Origin: Rebecca billardiae RCC1528
Taxonomy: Eukaryota; Protista; Haptophyta
Assembly (NCBI GenBank): GCA_965240325.2
Contig: OZ251223.1
Span: forward strand, 3,658,001 to 3,722,000
DNA length: 64,000 nucleotides
Reading direction: 5' to 3'
Part shown: piece after piece, positions 47,843 to 59,394 of the stretch
Numbering within the stretch: the stretch's first letter is position 1
Layout: every line of letters starts with the position of its first letter
Position numbers and translations under genes: made by a program
The notes under the pieces: model-generated
Told to the model about the DNA's origin: nothing
Seen by the model: only the letters and a program-made list of their open reading frames with translations
Databases searched by the model: none

Positions 47843-50134
47843 CTACTGAGACTGCAGCTCGACCTCGGCCGCGCGCTCCATCAGCTCGAGCCAGCGCTCC
47901 TCGCGCGCCTCCACTTCGAGGGCGAGCTCGGCGGCGCGCGCCGAGAGCTCGCTCACCTGGTCGTACGCGCCGTCCGCCGTGCACGCCGCCTCCACCGCCG
48001 CCTCGGCCGCCTCGAGCTCGGCGCGCAGCCGCTCGACGTCCGCCTCGATGCTCTCGTACTCACGCGCCTCGTTGAAGCTCAGCTTCTTCTTGGACGTGCG
48101 CACCCGCCCCGCCCTCTTGGCCGCGCCGGGCGGTGCGCTCGCGGGCGCGGCGGAGCCGTCGCCGCCGCCGCCGGGGGCCGGCGCGGCCGTCGCGTCGGCG
48201 AGGCGCGCGGCCTCGTCGCGCGCGCGCACCGCGGCCACGTACTCGGCGTAGCCGCCGCCCATCTGGCGCACGGAGCCGTCCCCCAGCAGGGCGAGCACGC
48301 CATCGGTGCACGTGCGCTCGACGAAGGCGCGGTCGTGCGAGACGCAGAGCAGCACGCCGTCGAACTCCTCGTGCAGGAACTGCTCGAGCGCGGAGATGGT
48401 CGGCAGGTCGATGTCGTTGGTCGGCTCGTCGAGCACGAGCACGTTGGGCGCGCGCGCGAGCACGCGCAGCAGCTGCAGCCGCCGCCGCTCGCCGCCGCTG
48501 AGCCGGCCGACGAGTGCGCCCCACTGCGCGCGCGGGAAGCCGAGGAGGTCGAGCAGCCGGCGCGCGGCCGCCTCGGCGCCGCCCGCGCCGAGCGGCGTCT
48601 CGCTCACGCCGCCGTGCCCGCTGCCGTCCGTGCGCGCCTCGTCCACCGCCCGCTGCACAAACTCGAGCACGCGCATGCTCAGCGGGTCGGCTGCGGGCAC
48701 GCCCGCGGGCGCGGAGGCGGCCGCGCCGCTGCCGCCGCCGCCGCCCGCCGCGCGCGCGGGCGGCGCCGCGCCGTCTCCGCCGGTCGGCGAAGCGTCGAGC
48801 ATCTCGGCCTCGAGGCCGCGCTGGTCGTAGTACCCGAAGCGCACGGTCTCGCCAACGGCCCGCGCGCCCGCCGCGAGCGGCTCGGTGCCGACGATGGCGC
48901 GCAGGAGCGTGCTCTTGCCGCAGCCGTTGGCGCCCACCACGCCCCAGCGCGCGCGCGGCTCGAGCACGAGGTCCACGTCGGAGAGGAGCGGGGCGCCGTC
49001 GGCGCGGCGCGCGGGGTGCGCGAGCGCGGCGCCGGAGAGCTCGAGCACTTTCGTCCCCAGCCGCGCCATCCCCTCCCCCAGCCGGGAGAGCTCCGCCGCG
49101 CGCCGGCCGCCGGCCGCGCCCGCCGCGGTCGCCTCGAGGTCGAAGTAGCGGTCGATGCGCGCGCGCGACTTGGTCTCGCGCGCCTGCGGCTGGCGGCTCA
49201 TCCAGTCGCGCTCGCGGCGCAGCAGCGTGCGCGCGCGCTCGGCCACGTTCGCCTGCGCGGCGAGCCGCTCCTCCTTCAGCTCCAGGTACCGCCCGTACTC
49301 ACCGCGCCACTCGTACGCGTGCAGCGCGCCGCCCTCGAGCTCGAGCAGCCCGTCCGCGCACACGGCCTCGAGGAAGAAGCGGTCGTGCGAGACGCAGACG
49401 ACGGCGGGCTGCGCGCGGTTGGGGGCGGGTTTGGTGAGCAGCTCGATCAGGTAGTCCACGGCGCGCGCGTCCAGGTGGTTCGTCGGCTCGTCCAGCAGCA
49501 GCACGTCCGGCTCGCGCGCGAGCGCCGCCGCGAGCCCCGCGCGCTTGCGCTCGCCGCCCGAGCACGTGCCCACGTCCTTGTCGAGGATGGGCGTGAGGCC
49601 GAGCAGCTCGCACACGGCGCCGAGCCGCGCGTCGTCCTCCCAGCAGCCCTCCGCGGCGCTGGCCGCGCGGGCGAGCGCGTCAGCGTCCGTCTCCGACCGC
49701 GTGCTCGCCTCGTGGTACTCGAAGGCCGCGCGCAGGCTGGCGTCGACCGTCGACGACGCGTCCGGCGCAATGCCCGTGTACACGTGCTCGCGCACGGTGC
49801 GCCCGCGCAGCGGCGGCTCCTGCTCGACGTAGAGGATGCGCGTGCCGCGCGCGCTCTCGACCACCCCGTCGTCCGCGCGCTCGACGCCCGCGAGCGCCTT
49901 GAGAAGCGTGCTCTTGCCCGAGCCGTTTGCGCCGACAAGCCCGACGCGCGAGCCCGCGCCGATGCTCACGCTGACGTCCTTGAACTGGTGGACCTTGCCG
50001 TCGTTGGCGCGCGTGAGCCGCTCAGACCAGAGCACGCGCGCCGCCGGCGACGTCGACGTCGAGCCGCTCGACGTGCCCAGATGAGACAGCAGATGCAGGG
50101 CCAGCAGCAGGAGCCTCGAGGGCGCCGCCGCCAT
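47843..50134 (-). CDS. ABC-F family ATPase (Uup-like) with N-terminal signal peptide
   Basis: Two NBDs ([24 protein letters not shown] and [25 protein letters not shown]), linker PQARETKS, and C-terminal KLSFNE...RWLEL coiled coil. Confidence 0.92.
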   Translation of the reverse strand: MAAAPSRLLLLALHLLSHLGTSSGSTSTSPAARVLWSERLTRANDGKVHQFKDVSVSIGAGSRVGLVGANGSGKSTLLKALAGVERADDGVVESARGTRILYVEQEPPLRGRTVREHVYTGIAPDASSTVDASLRAAFEYHEASTRSETDADALARAASAAEGCWEDDARLGAVCELLGLTPILDKDVGTCSGGERKRAGLAAALAREPDVLLLDEPTNHLDARAVDYLIELLTKPAPNRAQPAVVCVSHDRFFLEAVCADGLLELEGGALHAYEWRGEYGRYLELKEERLAAQANVAERARTLLRRERDWMSRQPQARETKSRARIDRYFDLEATAAGAAGGRRAAELSRLGEGMARLGTKVLELSGAALAHPARRADGAPLLSDVDLVLEPRARWGVVGANGCGKSTLLRAIVGTEPLAAGARAVGETVRFGYYDQRGLEAEMLDASPTGGDGAAPPARAAGGGGGSGAAASAPAGVPAADPLSMRVLEFVQRAVDEARTDGSGHGGVSETPLGAGGAEAAARRLLDLLGFPRAQWGALVGRLSGGERRRLQLLRVLARAPNVLVLDEPTNDIDLPTISALEQFLHEEFDGVLLCVSHDRAFVERTCTDGVLALLGDGSVRQMGGGYAEYVAAVRARDEAARLADATAAPAPGGGGDGSAAPASAPPGAAKRAGRVRTSKKKLSFNEAREYESIEADVERLRAELEAAEAAVEAACTADGAYDQVSELSARAAELALEVEAREERWLELMERAAEVELQSQ

Positions 50135-50247
50135 CGTGGACTCGTGCCCCCCCGCCGATGGCCGGATCTTCCGGATCTGAGATCGCCACCCCCGGACCGC
50201 CTTTTGCCCAGCAGCTGTGGCCGCTGTGCGCGCCGACGCTCAGCGCC

Positions 50248-51392
50248 ATGTCGGAGGGAGCGTACTCCTTCTCGCTCACGACCTTCAGCCCGTCGGGCAA
50301 GCTCGTGCAGATCGAGTATGCCCTCAACGCAGTCGCTGCAGGCAGCACATCGCTCGGCATCCGCGGTGCGCGCACACGCGCGCACGCGCCCGCGCGCGCG
50401 CGTGCGCACTGTGTGGCGCGCGTCTGACAGAGCAGAGCGGCCAGGAGCTCATGCGTGTGCGCGCGCACGACCCGGGCGCCGCGCCGTTCGCAGCCAAGAA
50501 TGGCGTGGTGATCGCGACGGAGAAGAAGGCGCCGACGATCCTCATCGACGAGACTTCGCTGCAGAAGATTTGCATGCTCACAGACAGCATCGGCGCTGTG
50601 TATTCTGGGATGGGTGCGCGCACCGGCGCACGCCACGCACCGCGTGCTCGCTGAGCGGCCGCCGGGCGTGTACCGCCGGCCGACGAGTGGGCGCGCCCAC
50701 ACATGTCCCTCTCTCGCCGAGGAGAGCCCGCGCGCACGCCGCTGGCTGCGTCCTCTGCGGCGTCCCTCACTCGCGCACGCGCGTGTGCGCCTGCCCCGCC
50801 CGCCGCCTCCTTCCCGGCGTGCAGGCCCGGATTTCCGCGTGCTGATCGCGAAGGGGCGCAAGGCGGCGCAGGCGTACTACCGCGTGTACCGGGAAGAGAT
50901 CCCCGTGCTGCAGCTCGTGCGCGAGCTCGCGATGGTGATGCAGGAGTTCACGCAGTCCGGCGGCGTCCGCCCGTTTGGCATCTCGCTGCTGCTCGCCGGC
51001 TTCGACCACGGCGGGCCACACCTCTACCAGATCGACCCGAGCGGCTCGTTCATCGCGTGGAAGGCGAACGCCATCGGGAAGAACTTCGTGAACGCGAAGT
51101 CGTTCCTCGAGAAGAGGTGCGCGCGCCGCCGCGCCGACCCGCCGCCCGTGCGCGCGAGCGCCGCTCACAGCCCGTCCCACGGCGGGCGCGCGCGTGGGCG
51201 GGTGGCGCGCGCAGGTTCAACGACGAGATGGAGCTGGAGGACGCGATCCACACGGCGCTGCTCACGCTCAAGGAGGGCTTCGACGGGCTGGTGGACGAGC
51301 ACAACATCGAGATCGGCATCGTGACCGACGACAAGAAGTTCAAAGTGCTCACACCAGCGGAGATCAAGGACTATCTCGCCGAGGTCGACTGA
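50248..51392 (+). CDS. PSMA2: 20S proteasome subunit alpha type-2; join(50248..50365,50494..50613,50825..51116,51215..51392)
   Basis: [34 protein letters not shown] and ELEDAIHTA. Three GT-AG introns give 708 nt (235 aa). Confidence 0.96.
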
Positions 51393-52153
51393 GATGCCGG
51401 GGTCGTGACGCTGGGCCGGTGCCACGCAGACTCGCAGAGTTGCGGCACGGCGGGGCAGGCAGGTGCTCAGACCCTGCGGGTGTCGCCGCCTCGCGGTCAG
51501 ATGGCCCTGGCGTGATAAAGCCGGCGTGGTGGACGCTTGGCCTCCTACGGAAGGCGGCCAGGCGCTGCTGTCGTTTCACGGCGCCCGGCGGGACTCTTTC
51601 AGCAACAGCAGCTGCCTCTCGGACTCGGTCTCGGACTCCCTGACCAGTGACTTGTCGGCTCACCGAAGCGGCATCGCGCCGGGATGGGAGAGACTGGAGA
51701 GCGTTGCCGTTAGTAGCTTACAAGAACCGGATGTAGCTAGCAGTACCGTGCTGCTAGGACCGCTCAAACTGTTGGCCGTGCTGTCACTGCTGACACTGAG
51801 ACTGTCAGAGTCGCCTGAGAGTGAGAGTCTGAGAGCAGAGTGAGACTACGCTGTCGCTGAGTCCGGGCGCTCGGCGGGGAGAAATAGCGCAGGAAAAACA
51901 AAAAAGAACTACGACGCGCAAGATTCAGGCAAGAATGTCCTTGCTGCGGGTAAGTAATTCGGACTGCCGCATCACTGATGAGCAAGGCGGACAAGCGCCG
52001 TTCCGCGGTTGAAGGTGGTAATAGTGGCAGTAGTAGTCCCGACCACGGCGGGACAGCCGGGGCCGTTCACAGAGGGAAAAACAACCCGCTTGTGGGGGGC
52101 CATCAGCGTTACGCCCCGAGTTCTGGCCGAGGCCTCAAGGAGTAGCCGGCGGC

Positions 52154-53422
52154 ATGGGGACGGGGCAGTCCAAGAACGGGAGTGGCAAGAAGACAAAGGA
52201 AAACAACGCACAGCCCGCTTCGAACCCCGCCGGAGGGTCGCCCGAGCCAGCAGGCGGCGCACCCGGCGGACCGAGCTCGGACGCAAGCGGATCGGCTCCG
52301 AGGGGTGGCTTGGCCGAGGGTGGCGGCGAGGCGCGGGCAGCAGCGGCAGAGCCGGACTCGGTCAAGCGAAAAGCCTCGACCGGCGCCGCCCACACGCTCC
52401 CGCAGGCGACCGATGACGTGACCATGGCCAGAGAGGAGCAGGCCACGCAGCCACCGGAGGATCCATTCCGCTCACGCAAGCCAGCGGATCCGGTGTCGAC
52501 GCCGGCCGCAGCGGACGGAGCGCAGGGTGCCGCGGGCAGTTCGACCGCCCCTCCGGCGGCCGCCGAGCCCACCCAACCCGAAGAGCACCGCCCAACTGAC
52601 GAGCTCCACGAGGTAAACGCAACCGACACAACCGCCCCGTTGCGAGAGCCGGCGCCGAGCAAGCCGGAGCAGCTGGCGCCAGAGCCTGCGCCGCCCCCGA
52701 GCAAGCCGGAGCAGCCGGCACCAGTCCCGCCTTTGGTGGCCGAGGCTGCGCACACGACGAACGCCGGCCCCGACGCCGTCATGGCCTTGTCGCCGAGAGA
52801 GACACGGGCAGACGAGCCTTTGAGCCCTCGGCCCGACGGGCGCTCGCGCTCGCCGCTGGCGGCCAGCGCCTCACCCCGGCCCCCGCCTGAGGTGCTGGCG
52901 GCGAGGAGCGGCGGCGGTGCGTGGGGCGGAAGCGGAGGCGGCGATGCCAACGGGGCTGGCCCCGGAGATAAGGCCGTCCTCAACGGGACGCACGAGGGTG
53001 CGGACCGCCAGTCGGAGGTCCAACAGTTGGAGCAGCTCGTGCAGTCCCCGCAGCAGTCGCGCAAGCCAAAAGGCGGCATGGGCGCTGACGACGTGCAGCC
53101 GATTGAGGCGGATGGGGCAGGCGAGCCGGACTCGCCCACGGGCTTGACGCCGACAGCGTCGGATGCGTTCCTCTCGGCGTTCCAGCGTGAGCACCCGCTC
53201 CTCGCGGACGACGGCCCCGTCTCCGCGCCGACCGCGCCCAAACGGAATGGCTGGTCGGATGGCGCGACCGCCCTCACGACCACGCCCGCGAGCACCGCGC
53301 TCAGCTCGGCGCTGCAAACCGCCCCGAGCGCCGGCAAGGGCGCAGATCTGTACAAGTCCGCGCTCGACGACGCCGACGAGATGCTCATCCACGACATCGA
53401 GGACGAGCTCTCGCTGCTTTGA
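52154..53422 (+). CDS. Hypothetical disordered Pro/Ala-rich protein with possible N-myristoylation motif
   Basis: 422-aa ORF starting MGTGQSK (MGxxxS) with an acidic C-terminal helix. Confidence 0.6.
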   Translation: MGTGQSKNGSGKKTKENNAQPASNPAGGSPEPAGGAPGGPSSDASGSAPRGGLAEGGGEARAAAAEPDSVKRKASTGAAHTLPQATDDVTMAREEQATQPPEDPFRSRKPADPVSTPAAADGAQGAAGSSTAPPAAAEPTQPEEHRPTDELHEVNATDTTAPLREPAPSKPEQLAPEPAPPPSKPEQPAPVPPLVAEAAHTTNAGPDAVMALSPRETRADEPLSPRPDGRSRSPLAASASPRPPPEVLAARSGGGAWGGSGGGDANGAGPGDKAVLNGTHEGADRQSEVQQLEQLVQSPQQSRKPKGGMGADDVQPIEADGAGEPDSPTGLTPTASDAFLSAFQREHPLLADDGPVSAPTAPKRNGWSDGATALTTTPASTALSSALQTAPSAGKGADLYKSALDDADEMLIHDIEDELSLL

Positions 53423-54031
53423 CGCCGAGCGGACAGGTAGACCGCACCCGTGCATCGGCTGGCGGCCGTGCCAGGCGGCAGGTGATCTGCCGACCCTTCC
53501 TACGCATCAGCTTGTCGGTGCAGGCCACCACTGCAGGCCGGGGCTGCCACTTGCACCGGCGCTGCATGCGTGAGACGGCACGCCGCAGGGCCGCTAGCCC
53601 GATGAGTGTGGCGCGCAGCGCTGCTGGCCGATCACGGCGCGCGTCGCGGCTGCCCGGGCCGGCGGACTTGAATCTTGATGCGGGCCGCGGCTATTGAGTA
53701 TTGGCCTAATACTACTATATTCACATTGCCGCCAGTGATTGCGGCGCGGCCGCGGACCGTCGGAGACCGACGGTCTGACGGAGCGCCGAGCGGCCGTGGC
53801 ACGGTGCCCGCCCCGTACTCTACTAGTACTACGTTTATTGAGTTGACTAGTAGTAGTTTCAGTATAGACTATTTACTAGCCTGCCCTACGCGGATAATTT
53901 GTCGCGGACGCGGTCGGCGACGCGGATTAACCGCTCCGAGTATTTTAATAGTAACTACCGGCGCCGTCCGGCGCGACGCCGTCGGCCGAGTAATAGTATG
54001 CTAACGTATACTAGCTCTATTATTAATATTA

Positions 54032-55594
54032 TATGACCGCGTTCCGCGGTCCTTTTCTGCATCTAGAATCAACGCAGTTTGGGGCCCGCGGTGGCCGTGC
54101 AATCGCGGCTCTCCGCCGTAGTGGCAGTTCGCCAGTTGAAGTCGGTTCTGAGATGACTGAAGCTATTAGTCCGACCGTCGCCCTGCCTGCGCGACCGCGA
54201 GACTCATTCACACTTCACACAATCACAGCAGCGGACCTGAGACCGCACCCGGCACCGGTCGTCAAATCGGACCGTCCGTCTGACAACTAGCTGCCAAATG
54301 TCCAACTGGCTGATCAGCTCGGATCCGCAACCCGTCCGCGATCGTGTCATCGGCATCGGAATTACTACTAGTAGCTGCCAAACTGTCCAACTCTGGCTGA
54401 TCAGCTCGGATCCGACCCGTCCGCGATCGTGCCGAGTGAGTCGTGCCGCGGAGCTCGGAGTACTGAAGGAGTATTCACACTTCACACAATCGGCACAGCA
54501 GCGGACCTGAGACCGCACCCGGCACCGGTCGTCAAATCGGACGTCCGTCTGACAACTAGCTGCCAAATGTCCAACTGGCTGATCAGCTCGGATCCGACCC
54601 GTCCGCGATCGTGCCATCGGCATCGGAATTACTACCAGTAGCTGCCAAACTGTCCGCAACTCTGGCTGATCAGCTCGGATCCGACCCGTCCGCGATCGTG
54701 CCGAGTGAGTCGTGCCGCGGAGCTCGGAGTACTGAAGGAGTCGGGTGTGACAGCAGGGTGCTTTAGCGCTGCGGCCCGTGCCAGCCAACGACCAGACGTA
54801 CTCTGGCCACTTGACCCGCGTTGCACGGGTGCCGTGACCGTGACGCCCTGCCTACCCGCTACCGCGCGCGCCGCGCGACTCGGGGTGATGGAGAGCGGAT
54901 GGCGCCGACAGCAGCAGCAGTCCTCATGAAGACGATGAAACTGGCGGCACGGGTGCACGAGGTGGCAGGCGAAAGCGCGCCGACGAGACCGCATTTGACA
55001 CACCTGAGCCGCACGCGCGTGCCGTCGCCGAGCGGCGAGCGCTGCAAACAAACGCGCACTACTGCTACCGCGCGCGCCACGACGTCGACGGCGCGGCACT
55101 AGCTGATGCAGGCCGTACTGCCGGCACTGCTTCTGCGATCATGCGCCACGGTCGCAGCTGACTGCGTGAGCAGCAAGCGGGAGGCGGGTCCGGAGGCACG
55201 TGCAGGCGCCGTCCCGCATCCGCCATCGTGCCGGGCCCGGGGCACGTCACCTCCGACGAATAAACGATCCGGATGTGGCCCAGTCCGGACGTCACGCGAT
55301 CCGGGAGGACGAATACGATTCGCTCGTAACGAACCGTTACGTTAAAGTCACGTCCGGCTGACGTCCAGATCGCACTTTACTTAGGGAATATCGTGGACGC
55401 GGTGTTTTTCGGCCTAATAGACCTCTCTATGCGATCATCCGTCTGAAAAAAAAACTCGAATGACTCGGTCTCCGCCGCCAGCCCTAAAAATCGCCCCCCG
55501 TCCCTTTTTTCTTGATCAAAGATCTTTTTGAAACGTGGTTCGGGCCCGCTGGTGCGGGCTCCACGCTGCGCGCTCCGCCCTGCACCGCGGGCCA
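54032..55594 (-). mobile_element. Non-autonomous Helentron/HINE-like element, copy 1
   Basis: Sub-terminal inverted 11-mers GGCCCGCGGTG (54083) and CACCGCGGGCC (55583), terminal hairpin 54035-54051, and internal tandem repeats. Both ends are homologous to 60989-62596 in inverse orientation. Confidence 0.7.
54205..54741. repeat. Two ~268-bp tandem repeats with internal sub-repeats
   Basis: attcacacttcacacaatc at 54205 and 54473. The sub-unit ctggctgatcagctcggatccg occurs four times. Confidence 0.9.
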
Positions 55595-55752
55595 TAATCT
55601 GAAATATGCCTATGGGGCGCACGGACGACAGTGCTGACGACAGCCTGACTCGCAGTCCGGTATTTAAGACGTCATTCGTCGTTATTTATTAATTAATTCT
55701 GCACGGTACTACGGCGTACGCCATTCAAAACCGGCAGTGGCCATCCGAGTTG

Positions 55753-55873
<121 letters not shown>

Positions 55874-56463
55874 ATGACTAGTGTGTTAGGCACAGAGTGT
55901 CAGCGGAACCGTCTACTGTAACTGATTATTTCACGGCGGCTCAGTCAGAGCCGAGGGCTCAGCCGAGCCGCGCGTGCTGATCCGCGATCGGCCGCGGGCC
56001 GGTCGGCTGATCCGATGATGCCCGGCTGATGATGGCATGCAGATGGGCCAGCGCGGGTGAATAGCAGACGAGCCTACTGCGCGCGCTGAGCTGGCGCTGC
56101 CGCCGACTCGGGCCGCCAGTGACACTGACAGGCCACGCCGGCGCCGCAGCGGTCGCGCAGCCCGCGGGGCGCGCATGCCACCATGTCGTCCATGAGTCTT
56201 CAGAATGTTCCCGCTGTCCCGCGTCGACCGTCGGGTCCGCGGGAAGAGCCCAGCCCACCGATGACGATGCGATCATGGCGTAGGCTTCGTCCAACAAAAG
56301 CAGCACTCGCGACTGGATGATGCTTCGGCGAACGGCAGCGCCCTTCCGAAGGGTCGCTGTCCGTCCGCCAGCTGCCCGGGCGCGCAGAGCTGTGGGCCTG
56401 CAGCCCGACTGCCGTATTCAGGCAGTCGTATTCAGCACCGACCTCGAGCTCGGTATCACGAAG

Positions 56464-57129
56464 TCATGCACCGCCGAGAGGGGTATCTCCGCCAACAGGA
56501 CGGCTGAGCGTGCCAAACCGAGCGCGCAGGCGCTCGGCTCGCCGCTGGGCGCGCGCGAGTCGCTCCGTGTCCTGCGCAGCGGCCAGGCGCTCCTGTTCGA
56601 TGGCCGCCAGCAGCAGCCGCGTGCCCTCGCGCTGCGAGCCCGGGTCCGTGCGTGACATGCAGCGGAGGCCGTCCCAACGAAGTGCGTCCGCTTTGCGGAG
56701 CTTCATCTTGCGGATGCTGTCCGCCGGCGTGGGTGACGCGGGTGCGCTGTTTGCCTCGGCTTGCGTGTTGCCAGCTAGGGTGGCAAGCACCGCCTCGCAC
56801 TGCTGCGGCGTGTTCACCTCACTCACCAGCGTCGTCACGCTCTGCCTCTGAGCGTCCGTCGTGGCGATTTGGACCACTGGCGCGTGCTCGCACTGGCTGC
56901 AGCACCCCCCACATGCGATCCGCACCCTGTGGCCCGGCGTGCGCAGCTCGTGCTCCAAGAGGAGCTCCTCGATCTCAAGGCATGCAGCGTCCCCTCCGAG
57001 CCTACGGCATCGTTCTCCGCCGCAGATATGCACGCGCGTATCGTGCACGATTGGGGGAGGCTTGTCCGCGGTGTGGATCTTCGTGCGCCGTCCTAACAAT
57101 TCGCGGAGGAGCACATCGCCCGAGGGCAT
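56464..57129 (-). CDS. Thioredoxin-like [2Fe-2S] ferredoxin domain protein
   Basis: VHICGGERCRRLGG ... GCCSQCEHAPVVQI cysteine pattern. ATG at 57129. Confidence 0.7.
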   Translation of the reverse strand: MPSGDVLLRELLGRRTKIHTADKPPPIVHDTRVHICGGERCRRLGGDAACLEIEELLLEHELRTPGHRVRIACGGCCSQCEHAPVVQIATTDAQRQSVTTLVSEVNTPQQCEAVLATLAGNTQAEANSAPASPTPADSIRKMKLRKADALRWDGLRCMSRTDPGSQREGTRLLLAAIEQERLAAAQDTERLARAQRRAERLRARFGTLSRPVGGDTPLGGA

Positions 57130-57500
57130 GGCGGAGTGCACGGACGGATAGATGGACGAGTTTGGAGTTGACGAGCCGGGACCGCGCACGCACGGTTTAC
57201 CCCCATACACTGGAAGTTTGGGGCGACAGAAACTACCGAGAAAGCTGCCGTCGTCGTCGTCTTGTTGTTCCGCAAATAAGGTCCAGAAAAAGAGACGAAT
57301 AAAATGCGCGCCGCCGCGGCGGCGGCGGCTCGCTCCTTCTCACCGTCTCACCAAACTGAAAAACGGCCCGCCATAACATCAGCAATAAACCCTGCAGCCA
57401 CTCAGCCAGTGCTTCCTTTGCGGCTGACTCGGAAGTGGCCCGCCGCCACCTGACTTGTGCGGCGGGAGGCGCCGGCGGGCGCGAGTGCCTGACGAGGTCA

Positions 57501-58496
57501 ATGTTGCAATCTCGCTACTCGGACGAGGCCGAGCAGCCACTGCCGCTGGGCTGGGAAGAGCACGTCGACTCGTCGAGCGGCTACCGGTACTACTTTGACC
57601 GCGATCGCAACATCACGACATGGGATGACCCGCGATTGGCGAGGCCAGCAGATGCGCCGGATGGTGGCACAGCGAAGGAGGACGAGGGGGCAGCGCAGGG
57701 TTCGCCGAGCCTAGACGCGCGCCAGGCGTCCTCGTCCTCTGCCACGGCCACGGAAACACCCGACAGACAGCCGACCCCGATGTGGGCGCCTGGTGGTGGC
57801 GCTGATGACGGTGAGCCGCAGCTGGCGGCCGCGCTCGAGCAGCGTGCAAGTCGCCTGAGTGAGCTTGAGAGGCAGCTCGTGGTGGAGAGACACGCGAGGC
57901 GCGCCGCCGAGCTGCTCGCCAAGGGCGAGACGCGCGCCGCCATCCGCATCCAATCGGCGTGGTGGCAGTTCCGCGTGCTCATGCTGAGGCGGCGCGCGGA
58001 TGCCGAGGCGGCAGCGGTGCGAGAGGCAAGCGCTGACGAGGAGCGTGCGCAGCGCGAGCTCGCGTCGCGCGAGGAGTTTGCGATGGCGAAGCCCGTGCTC
58101 AAGATGGCGCGCTCGCTGCCCATCGGCTTCCAGCCCAAGCAGATGAAGCTCGAGCCGAGCGAAGGGCTGCTGTACTACTGGAAGCTCGATGAGCATCGCA
58201 AGGCACAGGCCAAGGGCATTCCGCTCGACGCGATACGCACAATCGAGCCACGGGACGAGCCGGGGAAGGTGCCGGCGCTCGTGCTCGACGTGCGGCGCAC
58301 GCCGAGTGTGAAGGGAGGGAAGCTGCAGCTGCGCATGGAGGACGAGCTCGCGCGCGACGTGTGGGTCAAGCACCTGCGCCAGGCGTGCAAGCACGCAACG
58401 TACATCGAGCCGTTGGCGGTGGCTCAGCCCGCGCCACAACCGGGGCTGCAGTACGGGCAGCCGCCGCCGCCGCCGCCGCGCGCGGGCTCGGAGTAG
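57501..58496 (+). CDS. WW domain + IQ-like motif + coiled coil + PH-like domain protein
   Basis: LPLGWEEHVD...RYYFD....TTWDDPR (WW), AAIRIQSAW (IQ-like), and LYYWK...RDVWVKHL (PH-like). Confidence 0.8.
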   Translation: MLQSRYSDEAEQPLPLGWEEHVDSSSGYRYYFDRDRNITTWDDPRLARPADAPDGGTAKEDEGAAQGSPSLDARQASSSSATATETPDRQPTPMWAPGGGADDGEPQLAAALEQRASRLSELERQLVVERHARRAAELLAKGETRAAIRIQSAWWQFRVLMLRRRADAEAAAVREASADEERAQRELASREEFAMAKPVLKMARSLPIGFQPKQMKLEPSEGLLYYWKLDEHRKAQAKGIPLDAIRTIEPRDEPGKVPALVLDVRRTPSVKGGKLQLRMEDELARDVWVKHLRQACKHATYIEPLAVAQPAPQPGLQYGQPPPPPPRAGSE

Positions 58497-59394
58497 GCGC
58501 GGAGCCCTGCGGCCGCGCCGTGCGGCGCAGCGCCGGGCAGTGCCCGCCACGGCCCGTGCGCGTCCGAGCGGTTCGGCATGATGCTTACCGGGCACCGCGA
58601 GTTCGAATCGTCCGAGTAAATACTATGTATTATAACTGAGCAGGCTGCACGCCGTGCGACTGCCTGTCAAGTCAGCTAGAATAGCGGCACGCAGGCGGCG
58701 ACGACGGGCCTGAACGCAGAACGGTGTGCGAGCTCTTGAATGGCAACCGGGTCGTCCGCCTCGGAAACGCCGAACCGTACCAATAATTATAACCATAAAT
58801 AACCATGTCCGTGACAGATCAGACTCTGTAGTCTGTCTCTGACTTCTGAGACTAGTGTGAGTAGTGAGAGTTCATCCCGGACACAGTAGTTTTAAGTTAC
58901 TACTATGAACAGTACGCCACTACGCCTGAGTACGTACTCAGCCTCTGCTGAGTACTGCTGTTATTCATCAAGTGTTGACCGAGTCCGGCGGCAATAATCT
59001 GCGCGATTGTAGCGCGCGGCCAATAAATTCAAAATTGCCGCGCGGCTTGCATCATTGCGGCTTTCTGATTCAGGTGCCAGTGGCATTGGCATTATTCGGT
59101 TATAATCCGAGCCCGTGACCCGTCGTCAGCACGGCCAGGCGCCCGACAGGCGGGTCTCGGCGTGAGTTATAGCATAGGTAATAACTTATTAATTTGGGAT
59201 CCTATTATAATAATAACTAGTCACCGTTCGATATATTGGGTTATATTGGTATTTACAGTTTTATAATTAAATATTTAAACCCCGCCGTGACTCCGAGCCG
59301 GCCAGCACAGCTGTTAAATTGAGTCTCAGCAGACGACTGAGGGTGACGATAATAGCTAGTAGACAGAAATTATATAGCCGCCCATAACTGTTAA

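Noticed and set aside
47801-50845. 1014-aa plus-strand ORF and similar long antisense ORFs (438-1907, 25928-27487, 34750-35964, most of 42717-44312, 52135-53397)
   Set aside because: These are shadow ORFs opposite better-supported genes, caused by stop-codon scarcity at high GC.
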